A DNA stretch of 64,000 bases from IMG/VR virus record IMGVR_UViG_3300031993_000014, positions 114,987 to 178,986 of that record. One strand, written 5' to 3'. This DNA comes from a virus (lineage: Duplodnaviria > Heunggongvirae > Uroviricota > Caudoviricetes). Below, one piece after another: positions 46,053-55,348 of the stretch. Numbering within the stretch: the first letter of the stretch is position 1; the number at the start of each line of letters is the position of its first letter. The position numbers and the translations under genes are program-made. Under the pieces are notes generated by a model, which was not told where the DNA came from, did no database searches, and saw only the letters and a program-made list of their open reading frames with translations.

Positions 46053-47057
46053 ATGTTCATTATTTTCAGAAGAGCTAAGATCGAATTCACCGTCTCGGAA
46101 TTCGAAGATATGCTTAACAATCATATGAGCATCTTTGCTCGTATTGAAAGCGAAAGTCTGGGAGAAACAAAGGGAGACCTTGATCTTTCCTTCCCAGACA
46201 AGAAAGAATCGGGCGGTGATATGAGTTTGGGAGACATGTCGGAAGACATGAGCCTTCCCTTTCTCGACAAGGGAGAAACAAAAGAAGACACTCCCAAAGA
46301 CCCTTTCGGTGTATGTGACCAATGCAGAAATGAACCTGCTAAAGAGCCGCACCACATCGGCCTCGATGATATCATTGCAAAGAAGGCAAAGCGCACCTCT
46401 AGGAAGAAATCTGCTCCTAAAGATACGCCTGTTGAAGTAAAGGAAGAACCCGTAGAAGCCGTCAGCACTCCAAGGGAAATTCCTAATTGCAATATGTTCC
46501 TTATCGCTTTCGCTATTAAGGCAGCAAGCCACCATGTCTTCTATAGCATCTATATGACGGAAGATGAGTATAGCCAGCTTGACTATCTCTTCTCTAAGTT
46601 CGGCGAACATCCGTTGTATTCTGACGCTCCGGCATTCGCTATCCGTGATGTTCAGTCTGTTCGCGGTCACAAGGATGAAGTCAAGACAGAAATTACTTGG
46701 AGCGAACTGAAGCAAATTTTCAATGCTCCGTTCGTTGAAGGTAATGGTTCCACGTTTGACAGCCATTTCGACAGAAATGCTGTCTGCATTGAACGCTGTG
46801 AAAGTGTCCTCAAGGCTCTCTGCTACAACCTCGGCAGGTCTCCCTCTGGCTTAAGCCTCGAAGAAGAAACAGCGAATGATAGACTTCTTCGCCGTGATAG
46901 GGAAGGACTTCTCAGTTATGTCTGTATACGTTCTGCATTCAGGGATCTTCTCAAGGTCTCTAGCGATACGGACAATCTCGAAGTTGCACCTGACCCGCGT
47001 GCTATCTTTACCACCACGCTCGGACTGGACGAAGATCTCGTCAAGGTTAATTCCTAA
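46053..47057 (+). CDS. hypothetical protein, 334 aa
   Basis: RBS AAAGGAG. Cys/His cluster near residue 90 (CDQCRNEPAKEPHH). Confidence 0.65.
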   Translation: MFIIFRRAKIEFTVSEFEDMLNNHMSIFARIESESLGETKGDLDLSFPDKKESGGDMSLGDMSEDMSLPFLDKGETKEDTPKDPFGVCDQCRNEPAKEPHHIGLDDIIAKKAKRTSRKKSAPKDTPVEVKEEPVEAVSTPREIPNCNMFLIAFAIKAASHHVFYSIYMTEDEYSQLDYLFSKFGEHPLYSDAPAFAIRDVQSVRGHKDEVKTEITWSELKQIFNAPFVEGNGSTFDSHFDRNAVCIERCESVLKALCYNLGRSPSGLSLEEETANDRLLRRDREGLLSYVCIRSAFRDLLKVSSDTDNLEVAPDPRAIFTTTLGLDEDLVKVNS

Positions 47058-47077
47058 CAGTGTTTTATAAAAAAAAG

Positions 47078-47112
47078 GAAGGCTACCGCAAGGTAGTCTT
47101 CTTTTTTTTTTC
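47078..47112. terminator. bidirectional terminator, GCAA loop
   Basis: A8, then ggctacc-gcaa-ggtagtc, then T12. Confidence 0.8.
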
Positions 47113-47117
47113 GGATC

Positions 47118-47426
47118 TTAGAAATTCCATTCTAAAAGCCAAGTATCTGTCACTTCGTCTACCCACTCCTTTCCCTCCAAGCGAGGACTGACGAATGACG
47201 TGATCTTAGTAAGCTTATAACCAGCTTCTTCCATCTCTGCCTTGAACTTTAGGCTAGAAGAAGATCTCACTTCTATGGAAGTATGGGTCAGACCCATCTT
47301 TATAGCCATAATGATGAACTTCTCAAGCTTATCTTTCAGTCTAGAGTAGTATTCGCTGTAGAACGGATAATCGTCTTTAACAGCTCTCATTTTCTCAATG
47401 GAGCGCAGATCTTTTGGGCTTAGCAT
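47118..47426 (-). CDS. hypothetical small protein, 102 aa
   Basis: ORF downstream of the NAD operon terminator. Confidence 0.5.
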   Translation of the reverse strand: MLSPKDLRSIEKMRAVKDDYPFYSEYYSRLKDKLEKFIIMAIKMGLTHTSIEVRSSSSLKFKAEMEEAGYKLTKITSFVSPRLEGKEWVDEVTDTWLLEWNF

Positions 47427-47446
47427 TTTCTCTCCTTCTTATGGGA

Positions 47447-47484
47447 ATCACAAAATAAAAGGGCTACCATTTGGTAGCCCTCTT
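47447..47484 (-). terminator. rho-independent terminator after nadE
   Basis: gggctacc-attt-ggtagccc is a perfect 8-bp stem, with TTTTATTTTGTG on the minus strand. Confidence 0.75.
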
Positions 47485-47502
47485 TACTCGTGCTTTGATG
47501 TT

Positions 47503-48270
47503 TCAACCAGAGAAGGCAGGAAGATATGCCGGAATATTAAGCATCTTGCGCTTGTATTCCATACGCTTCATGCGATCTGCCAGAGCAGTACGAACACCTT
47601 CGGACAATTCGTTAATGCCACCACGGATGAACGTATCAATCTGTTTGTAGGTGAACCCCATTTTCTCTTCATCAGACTGGCCAGTCAAGCCATCAGACGG
47701 AGTCTTGAGAACAAGGTCTTCAGGCAACCCAAGAGCGATACCGAGTTCACGGACTTCGGTCTTGGTCAAATTAGCCATCGGAGCGATGCTTCCCATGTCA
47801 GCCCACATGGTGAAATATCCTATCATGAGCTCAGAGAGATTTGCAGTACAGATGATCAGAGAATCGCCAATAGTCTGTGCGATAGCAGTTTCAACAGCCG
47901 TTCTTACATGCGGAGTGATATTGGTATTAGCTTGGACGCTGAGATCTTGCTTAGCCGGAAGAGCAAGCCTTACAGTCGCCTTAGCCGCAAGCACAGCCAT
48001 AGCAAGGTTAGCTTCGATAGTGTTGACAACGCCAGCAGCCTTGGCAGCACGCTTTGCGTCATCGAGGTCAACTTGAACACCGTTAGGCATGAAGATACCG
48101 TAAACATGTTCCGGGCCGACAGCCAAGGTAGCAACCTTAGCAAGAACGGTGGAGTCGGCACCGCCACTGATACCGAGAACGAGGTTCTTCATTCCGGCAT
48201 CTGCAACGACCTGTGCCGTCCAGTCTACGATTTCTTTTTTGACGATGTTAATGTCGTGAATCTTTTTCAT
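47503..48270 (-). CDS. nadE: NH3-dependent NAD+ synthetase
   Basis: PP-loop LGISGGADSTV. 255 aa, the short ammonia-dependent form. TGQSDEEKMGFTY motif. Confidence 0.85.
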   Translation of the reverse strand: MKKIHDINIVKKEIVDWTAQVVADAGMKNLVLGISGGADSTVLAKVATLAVGPEHVYGIFMPNGVQVDLDDAKRAAKAAGVVNTIEANLAMAVLAAKATVRLALPAKQDLSVQANTNITPHVRTAVETAIAQTIGDSLIICTANLSELMIGYFTMWADMGSIAPMANLTKTEVRELGIALGLPEDLVLKTPSDGLTGQSDEEKMGFTYKQIDTFIRGGINELSEGVRTALADRMKRMEYKRKMLNIPAYLPAFSG

Positions 48271-48286
48271 TTTTGTATACCTTTGG

Positions 48287-48856
48287 TTATTCGATCACTT
48301 CAATTTGTTGTGCACGGGCAACAGCCTTAGCTGCTTCATGACCCGGTTGTTCACCATGTTCGTTAGGTAATCCTGCCGAGCAGGTGCTGTCCCAAATGAT
48401 TCGCTTGTCTGGGAACATAGCTCTGAGGATAATAAGGTTGGCAATAACACAGATTTCAGAAACGAACCCGATGACGGTAATAGTTTCCGCTTGCTCAAGA
48501 ACTCTACGCATTTCTGGGAGATAGTTTTGGTCATCTTTTTCAAGTCCCCAATTAAGGCAGCCGAAAGTGTGCTTTTCTACAATCTGAATGAGCTTCGGCT
48601 TTGCAGCTCTATAGATGCTCGGTTCGATTTCGTAGCCCTGATCCTTAGCATAGACATCACAATGTTCCGGGATATGCTGGCCTTCGAGCGAGAACTTGTA
48701 GTAACGACCATCGTGCAAGTCTTCGGTCAGGATGACAGGCCCCTGATGGTTTTCGATTTTCTTAACGGCCTTTTCCAATACCGCTTGTGCCAACGGATTA
48801 GCGAGTCTTCCGTTGATGAAGTCTTTGTCAAAGTCAATACCAATAAGTGTATTCAT
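48287..48856 (-). CDS. pncA: nicotinamidase (isochorismatase-fold cysteine hydrolase)
   Basis: MNTLIGIDFDKDF (catalytic Asp), ...VIGFVSEICVIANLI (catalytic Cys). Start moved to the ATG at 48856 with AGGT RBS. Confidence 0.75.
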   Translation of the reverse strand: MNTLIGIDFDKDFINGRLANPLAQAVLEKAVKKIENHQGPVILTEDLHDGRYYKFSLEGQHIPEHCDVYAKDQGYEIEPSIYRAAKPKLIQIVEKHTFGCLNWGLEKDDQNYLPEMRRVLEQAETITVIGFVSEICVIANLIILRAMFPDKRIIWDSTCSAGLPNEHGEQPGHEAAKAVARAQQIEVIE

Positions 48857-48863
48857 TGTATAC

Positions 48864-50162
48864 CTACTTCTTGTGGGGGTTGAGATCAGATTTGATGAAA
48901 TCATCAATAATCTTTGTATGGTGGAAAGCGAGGACTGGCAGATCGTAGATGGGGAACCATCTAGCTTCAGCCGCATCATCGCCAGCTGTAATCATATCTT
49001 CTTCGTCAGGATCAATCTTTACAAAGAAGGCAGTATCGACAATCCGCATACGAGGATCGAACTTGCAGCTGTATGTCTTGATCTGATGGAAGTTGTTAGA
49101 GCAGAAATGCAATCCAACTTCTTCAGAGAATTCTCTAGCTGCGGTAGATTCAAGGCTTGGATCGTTTTCGACATCAAAGAATCCACCCGGAAGAGCCCAG
49201 TAGTCTTTATAAGGGTAATCCTTACGGCGGACAAGGAGGACTTCTTCGGACTGGTTCACAGCCACGATGTCAACAGTCGCAGAAGGCTCGCCATATGCCT
49301 TCATGATAGAATCTTTGAGCATAGCCATACCAGCCGTAGCAAAGACAGCTGAGCCAGTCTGTTCATTGGCAGGTTCATTGACCTTTATACAATTATCCTT
49401 GTATAAAGCCAGTGCTTGATTACCAGCATCGTTGTAGATTTCGTCAAAGTGTTCGCGGATATACTTGACAGTATTCTTCTTATACTTTTCAAGGAAGATT
49501 TCTTCGCCTCGTCTGTATTCCTGAAGACGGTGCTGATGATACAGAGATCTGGAAAGAATGTAGTTAGCTGCTGCATCAGGCAATCCGAGTGCCTTGAACT
49601 TCTCCGGATGATTTTCAAGGATGAATGGATGCAGTTCAAGCAATTCACGGATTTTAGTAGAGGAAACCTTCTTTGTAAGCAGGGAGTCGTCACCGAGCTC
49701 AAGCCTGATAAACGGCTTGGATTGCGGAACTTTCTTCCAGAGTGCTTCAAGAGTATCGTATTTTCTAAATCCACGTTCTGCTACGATAAAGTTAGCGTAG
49801 TGCATGAGAGCATTGCTGTTACGCCATTTTCCATTGGCGATGTTCATTGCCTGATCCATCCCGACAACGATATAAGCATCTTCGATGTTGAGCTTAAGCG
49901 TTTCCGTAATATAGTCATACATACGGGCATCTTGTTCCGCAATTCTGAAGGACTTATGAAGCGGAGCAAAAGCTCTTCTTACCATTTCCATGCGGTCTTC
50001 GTAAGAGGAATTATATACCTTTTCGTCATTGCAGGAAATGAGAACGATGGCTTCAAAGCCATCAGTAAAGTTCTTGAAGGCATAGTCCAATGCTTTTTCA
50101 AATACGGCTCTGTGACCGATAGTGACAGGGTCAAATGCCCCGCCATAGATCAATGTCCTCAT
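48864..50162 (-). CDS. bifunctional NMN/NaMN adenylyltransferase with C-terminal Nudix hydrolase (NadM/NatV-like)
   Basis: IYGGAFDPVTIGHRAV is the (H/T)xGH motif. KVSSTKIRELL is the ISSTxIR motif. Nudix box GGFFDVE...AAREFSEEVGL. Start ATG overlaps the pncB stop (TAATG). Confidence 0.85.
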   Translation of the reverse strand: MRTLIYGGAFDPVTIGHRAVFEKALDYAFKNFTDGFEAIVLISCNDEKVYNSSYEDRMEMVRRAFAPLHKSFRIAEQDARMYDYITETLKLNIEDAYIVVGMDQAMNIANGKWRNSNALMHYANFIVAERGFRKYDTLEALWKKVPQSKPFIRLELGDDSLLTKKVSSTKIRELLELHPFILENHPEKFKALGLPDAAANYILSRSLYHQHRLQEYRRGEEIFLEKYKKNTVKYIREHFDEIYNDAGNQALALYKDNCIKVNEPANEQTGSAVFATAGMAMLKDSIMKAYGEPSATVDIVAVNQSEEVLLVRRKDYPYKDYWALPGGFFDVENDPSLESTAAREFSEEVGLHFCSNNFHQIKTYSCKFDPRMRIVDTAFFVKIDPDEEDMITAGDDAAEARWFPIYDLPVLAFHHTKIIDDFIKSDLNPHKK

Positions 50163-51442
50163 TAATAAGCCCTCCACAAGCGTTGCGAGTTATGTTTCTC
50201 AATGATAGTCTTAACGAATTCCGTGATTGCTTCCGGATTATCCTTAAGATAAGCAAGCTCGCTCAGAGGCTGATAGTTAAAGTCATTCTTGACTCTGATG
50301 ATCTGTTCTTCGTCGTCATGGTTGCACTTGCCAGCAACATCGCTCAGCTTGATAGCCGAGATACCGTTACCGCTATAGAGCTTCATGACCATATTGAGAG
50401 GATCACCACCAACGGTATTGGTGAGGAATGTGCCTTGTCCGATGGCAACATTGATAACATGAGCAAACATCTTAACGAGCATTACCACATCATCATCCTT
50501 CAAACTGTCGCTAAAGCAAGCGGTCTTAGTAAGAGGATTGATCTTGAGCTGCTTGTAGAATTCGATAAGGATCTGGCACCAGAGTACTGGATCGCCACTG
50601 TCATGGCGAACACCGTCGGCGAGCTTGGCATAGAGCAAGTCGAAGTCTTCGAGGAAGGCCTTGAAACCATAGGTGTCGCTGAGGAAGATACCGAGATTGC
50701 CACGATATTCACGAAGCCATGCATCGAAGGTTGCACGCTGCGATTCCGAGAGACGGAACTTAGAAATCGTCTGGAGAAGCATGAACATCTGATGGGCCAT
50801 TGTACCCATGTCCTTCACGCCGTTGATCATTGCCATATAGACATTACTTGTACCAACGAAAGCCTTGCAGTTTTCGATAAGGTACTTGACAACGAACATC
50901 TGCCAATCAAAGCTTGCACGGCGACGAGTACCGAAGTCGCTGAGAGTAAACTTGTAGCCCTCGTCGTAGATCTTGTTATACTTGTCTACGGCTTCCTTCA
51001 AACGCTTCTTGCCGAATTCATAATCGGTAGGCTGGTCAATCATCCACAGTTCCTGAATGATCTCAAGGACGTAGATTTCAAACCAATGGTCACGTTCTTC
51101 AAGACCATTAGTCCATACTCCAAGGACATCACCATCACGGGCGACATGGATGTCTTCACGAGGGAGACGGAAGTCACGGAGCCAACGAATGTAGTCTTCG
51201 CTGTACCAATTGTGACTTGCGATAAAGGAGAGTTCATCTTCTCCGTGCTTAAGTTCACAGAGATGATTGAGCTGATACTCAAGTTCATCTTTCAGGTAAG
51301 CAGTCTTCTTACCTTGCGAACGGATTGTCAACTTCCACTGCGAACGTTCGTTCGGGAACTGGTGATGAAGTACCTGACCCATCGAATACTTGTAAGCATC
51401 CGTGTCGGTAAGGTGATTGACGATGCACTTATAGTGACCCAT
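50162..51442 (-). CDS. pncB: nicotinate phosphoribosyltransferase
   Basis: Blocks align to E. coli PncB: HLTDTDAYKYSM (LLDTDAYKLHM), LSDFGTRRRAS (MDFGTRRRFS), AFVGTSN, GVRHDSGDP, KLSDVAGK. Confidence 0.85.
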   Translation of the reverse strand: MGHYKCIVNHLTDTDAYKYSMGQVLHHQFPNERSQWKLTIRSQGKKTAYLKDELEYQLNHLCELKHGEDELSFIASHNWYSEDYIRWLRDFRLPREDIHVARDGDVLGVWTNGLEERDHWFEIYVLEIIQELWMIDQPTDYEFGKKRLKEAVDKYNKIYDEGYKFTLSDFGTRRRASFDWQMFVVKYLIENCKAFVGTSNVYMAMINGVKDMGTMAHQMFMLLQTISKFRLSESQRATFDAWLREYRGNLGIFLSDTYGFKAFLEDFDLLYAKLADGVRHDSGDPVLWCQILIEFYKQLKINPLTKTACFSDSLKDDDVVMLVKMFAHVINVAIGQGTFLTNTVGGDPLNMVMKLYSGNGISAIKLSDVAGKCNHDDEEQIIRVKNDFNYQPLSELAYLKDNPEAITEFVKTIIEKHNSQRLWRAY

Positions 51443-51445
51443 GTT

Positions 51446-51631
51446 TTACCTCGTTGAGAGTTTTAGGAGTGTATAGAGAACCATTAGGAACAGTATCACA
51501 GGTGTTCCCAGATAGATTATTACTGCAATGAGTATAATCTTCCACATTGGTAAATGTCTCTTAGGATTTACCAATAGCATAAACAATACTATAAAGAATG
51601 TAGCTAGAATAGTCCATGTTATCAGAATCAT
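51446..51631 (-). CDS. small 2-TM hydrophobic protein, 61 aa
   Basis: MILITWTILATFFIVLFMLLV...IILIAVIIYLGTPVILFLMVLYTLL. Confidence 0.5.
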   Translation of the reverse strand: MILITWTILATFFIVLFMLLVNPKRHLPMWKIILIAVIIYLGTPVILFLMVLYTLLKLSTR

Positions 51632-51736
51632 CCACCGCCTCCGGTGATGACCATATACACCACCACGGCAATGATTCCAATGAAAGCTAGACAGCCAATA
51701 CAGCTCTTGCCTTCAGAGGTTGTTTGTTTTTCCATG
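51632..51736 (-). CDS. 34-aa hydrophobic peptide (MEKQTTSEGKSCIGCLAFIGIIAVVVYMVITGGGG)
   Basis: Not in the track because it is short. Its TGA overlaps the ATG of the next peptide gene (ATGA). Confidence 0.35.
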
Positions 51737-51796
51737 TTGTTTCCTTTTGCAAAAGAAATAAGTATATGACCATTTAGCCATATACTGTAAAAAATA

Positions 51797-51876
51797 ATAT
51801 ACGGCTTTACTTAGAGTAAAGCCGTATGATTTATGAATAAAACTATTCACGCCCAGCTTTACCCAGAGAGTAAAGC
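51797..51876 (-). terminator. two tandem hairpins GCTTTAC-N7-GTAAAGC; the first has a U-tract
   Basis: acggcttta-cttagag-taaagccgt (51801-51825), followed on the minus strand by ATATTATTTTTTAC. A second similar hairpin lies at 51856-51876. Confidence 0.55.
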
Positions 51877-51950
51877 GGAAGAAGAAGCGAGAAGAATGAT
51901 TTGATTCATATAGCAACCACCAAAGAGAAGAAGTATGTTTCATTTTAAAG

Positions 51951-52967
51951 TTAGTACGGGATTGCTTGGATTGAGCCGTCTTCGTTAACTTGAGGCGGTT
52001 GCGGATCGGACGATGCCGGAGTAGACACACGCTGAGTGGTTTCGCCATCGCTATGAGCATGCTCCAATGCTCCAAGAGAATCCAAGGCAAATGTCATGTT
52101 AGACGGATCCTCTTCAGATCTTGGCGCTACTGTGGCTATCACACGAATCGCATCAGAAACAGATTGTGGCATGTGTCTGCTAAACATTGTATCAAGCCGA
52201 TCGTGGATTTCTCTCACAAGACGTTCAGTATGGACTCGGTTAAGAGCATTGTCTCTAATAACGCTCTCAGCTTCTCTGAAAACAAGATCAGAACTAAGGG
52301 TTTGATTGGCTGTCCTGAAGGTATGCTCGTTGTTTGCAGTATCCAGCGTAGTATTCCGCAAGATGTTATTGCTTAAACTCACCCAGTTGTTCATAAGAGA
52401 ATATGCCGTTGCGTAATCGTAAGACACTTCCGGGCTGAGAGTACGTCCGTTTCTAGATTCAGTTAAGTCAGTTACAGGAACGGTGATTTGTTGCAGACTT
52501 TCTTCTGTTGCTCGAATGTCCGGATCTTCATCACGCAAGTCTTGCCATTCAGCAGTAACGTTATGGCGGTCTTCTTCTTCGGTTATATCCGCCACCTGAT
52601 TTGCACATGGAGCTAAAATCACCTTCTTCAGAGTCTCTTCCAGAATTCCGAAAGCGTATTTACTTATATCACCATCCGCGAAATGCTTTGCATAAGCATT
52701 CTCGCTCTTAGTTTTAATGGGGCCATTATCAGATTCTGGATAGAAGACAACAGAACCCATGTCAGTTAATAACACACGGTTGTAGATATAGCAATCATTC
52801 GTGAATCTTTGAAACTCGATGGGATAATGGTGTTCACCGGAAACGTTTAATATGTTTCCGCTAATCTGATCAAACTCGGGTATAAGACATGCAAAGGACT
52901 TATTACTGGGTCTATCTATGAAACAAGAGACAAACCCGATAGTATTAAGAATTGTTAGACCAGTCAT
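51951..52967 (-). CDS. paralog-array member, long form: family domain plus ~200-aa acidic C-terminal extension
   Basis: N-terminal TILNTIGFV and KYAFGILEETLKKV match the family motifs. Most promoter-distal gene of the array. Confidence 0.6.
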   Translation of the reverse strand: MTGLTILNTIGFVSCFIDRPSNKSFACLIPEFDQISGNILNVSGEHHYPIEFQRFTNDCYIYNRVLLTDMGSVVFYPESDNGPIKTKSENAYAKHFADGDISKYAFGILEETLKKVILAPCANQVADITEEEDRHNVTAEWQDLRDEDPDIRATEESLQQITVPVTDLTESRNGRTLSPEVSYDYATAYSLMNNWVSLSNNILRNTTLDTANNEHTFRTANQTLSSDLVFREAESVIRDNALNRVHTERLVREIHDRLDTMFSRHMPQSVSDAIRVIATVAPRSEEDPSNMTFALDSLGALEHAHSDGETTQRVSTPASSDPQPPQVNEDGSIQAIPY

Positions 52968-53377
52968 TCCATTACTCCTACCTTGTATTTTCTAGCTATT
53001 TCGATTGCGCCAAAGGCTTGTTTCTTTAGTGCCTCAACACGATTACGAGTTAAAAGTCTATGGCGATCTTCTTTCGTATTGCTCCATCTTCGTGTTGCCG
53101 GATCATAGATAGACATAGAAGTTACAGACCAGATAGTAGGCTCGTACATGCTCTTATCTTTTCTGGACACCTCTGAGAAGACAAATGTGGCGTTGTTGGT
53201 ATGGACATCAACCGTATAGCAATCAAGACCGGGTATTCCCCACATCTCTAGAGCAAGCAAATCTAGCATACGCAAGATTTCGAAATGCTCTTCTTTTGTT
53301 GCCATACGGTCTTCTTGTCTTCTACAACGCTCCATGTCCTCTTTGAGGTTAACTACGCTGTCATCAAGCTCGCTCAT
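52964..53377 (-). CDS. small-protein paralog family member
   Basis: C-terminal KQAFGAIEIARKYK. Stop and start overlap with neighbours. Confidence 0.6.
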   Translation of the reverse strand: MSELDDSVVNLKEDMERCRRQEDRMATKEEHFEILRMLDLLALEMWGIPGLDCYTVDVHTNNATFVFSEVSRKDKSMYEPTIWSVTSMSIYDPATRRWSNTKEDRHRLLTRNRVEALKKQAFGAIEIARKYKVGVME

Positions 53378-53777
53378 GGCCTATACCAACTTCTTTCGCA
53401 AGCTTCTCTAGAAATCCGATGTTCCACTTCATTATACTATTGGGTGTTTCGTCATTTAGACTCTTGCGAACAAAATCATATTTCCAGTCTGTGTTTAAAT
53501 GAATAAAGTCCGGTTCTTTTACTATCTCCGAATACGAATACAGACGGAGCATACCCTCGCTACTTTCCCGAACTAAGAGCATAGCAGTATTGGTGCCAGG
53601 CCCGAAACCAGAGAAGGCGAAAGCCGCATCTTCCTTTCTCTCGAAGCAAACTCTATCGTTCATTATAAATCTAGTATGCCGCCCTATATCTTCAGCGCTT
53701 ATAGCATTATTGAATCTTCTATGCAACAACTCAGCGCCCATAGTTGCTACTAGTGTTCCAAATCCTGATGGACTCAT
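53364..53777 (-). CDS. small-protein paralog family member
   Basis: C-terminal WNIGFLEKLAKEVG. Confidence 0.55.
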   Translation of the reverse strand: MSPSGFGTLVATMGAELLHRRFNNAISAEDIGRHTRFIMNDRVCFERKEDAAFAFSGFGPGTNTAMLLVRESSEGMLRLYSYSEIVKEPDFIHLNTDWKYDFVRKSLNDETPNSIMKWNIGFLEKLAKEVGIGHERA

Positions 53778-53794
53778 TAAACCTCCCTGTTAGT

Positions 53795-54190
53795 TTATAA
53801 AAGTTCATATCCTTCATTCGTTAATCTACTGCCCCCATTTGTACGATTCTCCATTAAGCCTTGCACAAGGACAATCAATTTACTTCCGCAGACCAAATGT
53901 AACGGCTCAAGTTTTAGATCACGGCTTCGATTACACCATAGACAGCAGCCCTCGTCTTCGCCACCGTTCCAAGTAAAATTGGTGTAAGTGCTTATCTTAA
54001 TGCCGTCCTTGCTCTTCCAGAGATTTACAGCTGCGGATCCTAACCCTCCAACAAAAGTGAAATCAAAGTCAATGAAATTCAATCTGTTAAGTGAAGATTC
54101 CACGTCACGAACACCTTCTCCGACGGTATCATAGCTATCTAAGAATAATCCTAAAGTCAAAAGAACGTGAGATACAAACTCAGTCGTCAT
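53795..54190 (-). CDS. small-protein paralog family member
   Basis: Start at the ATG with AAGGAG RBS (MTTEFVSHVLLTLGLF...). C-terminal LIVLVQGLMENRTNGG. Confidence 0.6.
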   Translation of the reverse strand: MTTEFVSHVLLTLGLFLDSYDTVGEGVRDVESSLNRLNFIDFDFTFVGGLGSAAVNLWKSKDGIKISTYTNFTWNGGEDEGCCLWCNRSRDLKLEPLHLVCGSKLIVLVQGLMENRTNGGSRLTNEGYELL

Positions 54191-54614
54191 CGTCTTCTCC
54201 TTCGTTCTTTGAGAAGTACATAAGCATCTCAGCATTGCCTAGTACAAGATTCATGAGCTTTTCGTCGGACAATTCAGCGATGTTGTGGTCACAGATATCG
54301 TGATCTCCAGACATAAGATTACCGAGTCTGCTCATGCGTGAATAAGAAGAAAGAGTGATTACGGTATGGTGTGTCCCGTCGGCAATAACTTTATTCGACG
54401 TATCAAACAAGAAAGCAGAGTCTATGAAACCATACAACATTCCTCTCATAAAAGAAGCGGTATGTGTCTTCACATGATTCTCTATCTGTCCCGCTATGAT
54501 CTCCACAGCATCCTCGTCTTCGGTTATACCGATTCTCGTTCTTACGTAACCCATAGATTCAAAGTCATACCCGAGAGATAGGAGTATCATGCTAATGTAC
54601 TTGGTGTGTCTCAT
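54180..54614 (-). CDS. small-protein paralog family member
   Basis: N-terminal MILLSLGYDF. C-terminal LVLGNAEMLMYFSKNEG. Confidence 0.6.
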   Translation of the reverse strand: MRHTKYISMILLSLGYDFESMGYVRTRIGITEDEDAVEIIAGQIENHVKTHTASFMRGMLYGFIDSAFLFDTSNKVIADGTHHTVITLSSYSRMSRLGNLMSGDHDICDHNIAELSDEKLMNLVLGNAEMLMYFSKNEGEDDDD

Positions 54615-54975
54615 GGTACTTCCTCCCGTAATACAGTAATGTTTCAGCTTGCCCGAACAATACCCTCATCAATTTCTCAATGCGTATTTCCATAACGGTT
54701 TCATTATTGAAGTCATAATTGTTCTTTACAAAATTGTTGGTGCTGAATTCACGCGAATATGTGTTCAGCTTATGGGTACCGCTTGGAACATAGGCTATGA
54801 CGACTGTATCCGTAACCCCGAAGATCCTACCGTTGAAGTGGCAACGCTTACAGTCCAACATGCTTCTTGCGACTCGCCTCAAGCTTTCTTCCATACTTGC
54901 TTCTGTGACGGTGCCTTCATATGTATTGTGAAGGCCCATCAGCAGCATCATTCTGTAACATCTAAGAGGCATCAT
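54592..54975 (-). CDS. small-protein paralog family member
   Basis: C-terminal RVLFGQAETLLYYGRKY. Confidence 0.6.
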   Translation of the reverse strand: MMPLRCYRMMLLMGLHNTYEGTVTEASMEESLRRVARSMLDCKRCHFNGRIFGVTDTVVIAYVPSGTHKLNTYSREFSTNNFVKNNYDFNNETVMEIRIEKLMRVLFGQAETLLYYGRKYHETHQVH

Positions 54976-55348
54976 TGTCTAATCCTCTCCTTATTATCAT
55001 AAGAGATTCTAGATTTCCGAATAAGCACCGTACGAGATCAACTTCTTGCATGTCCTTTATCGGTTCTTCTCTAGCATCCCCATCACGGGAGAGCAAAGTC
55101 GTAGAACCAGATGTAGAACGTCTAGAAAATGTCTCTATCCGGTATCCGTATTCTTTGTGCTTAGTGATGAAAACTGCCGTGTCGTCATGATAGGCGATAA
55201 ACTTGAATCCAAAGATCGTACGCTTCATTGCCAATAATGACACGACTCTGGCAGTATCCATAACACTACTGATACTGTTCGCTGGCAGACCTAAGCGATG
55301 CTCCTGTCCTAGAGTGAGGAGAATAATTACGCTATCGAGAAGCTGCAT
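54962..55348 (-). CDS. small-protein paralog family member
   Basis: N-terminal IILLTLGQEH. C-terminal RCLFGNLESLMIIRRGLDN. Confidence 0.6.
   Translation of the reverse strand: MQLLDSVIILLTLGQEHRLGLPANSISSVMDTARVVSLLAMKRTIFGFKFIAYHDDTAVFITKHKEYGYRIETFSRRSTSGSTTLLSRDGDAREEPIKDMQEVDLVRCLFGNLESLMIIRRGLDNDAS

Noticed and set aside
50135-51457. 440-aa plus-strand ORF
   Set aside because: It is antisense to pncB, which aligns block-by-block to E. coli PncB.
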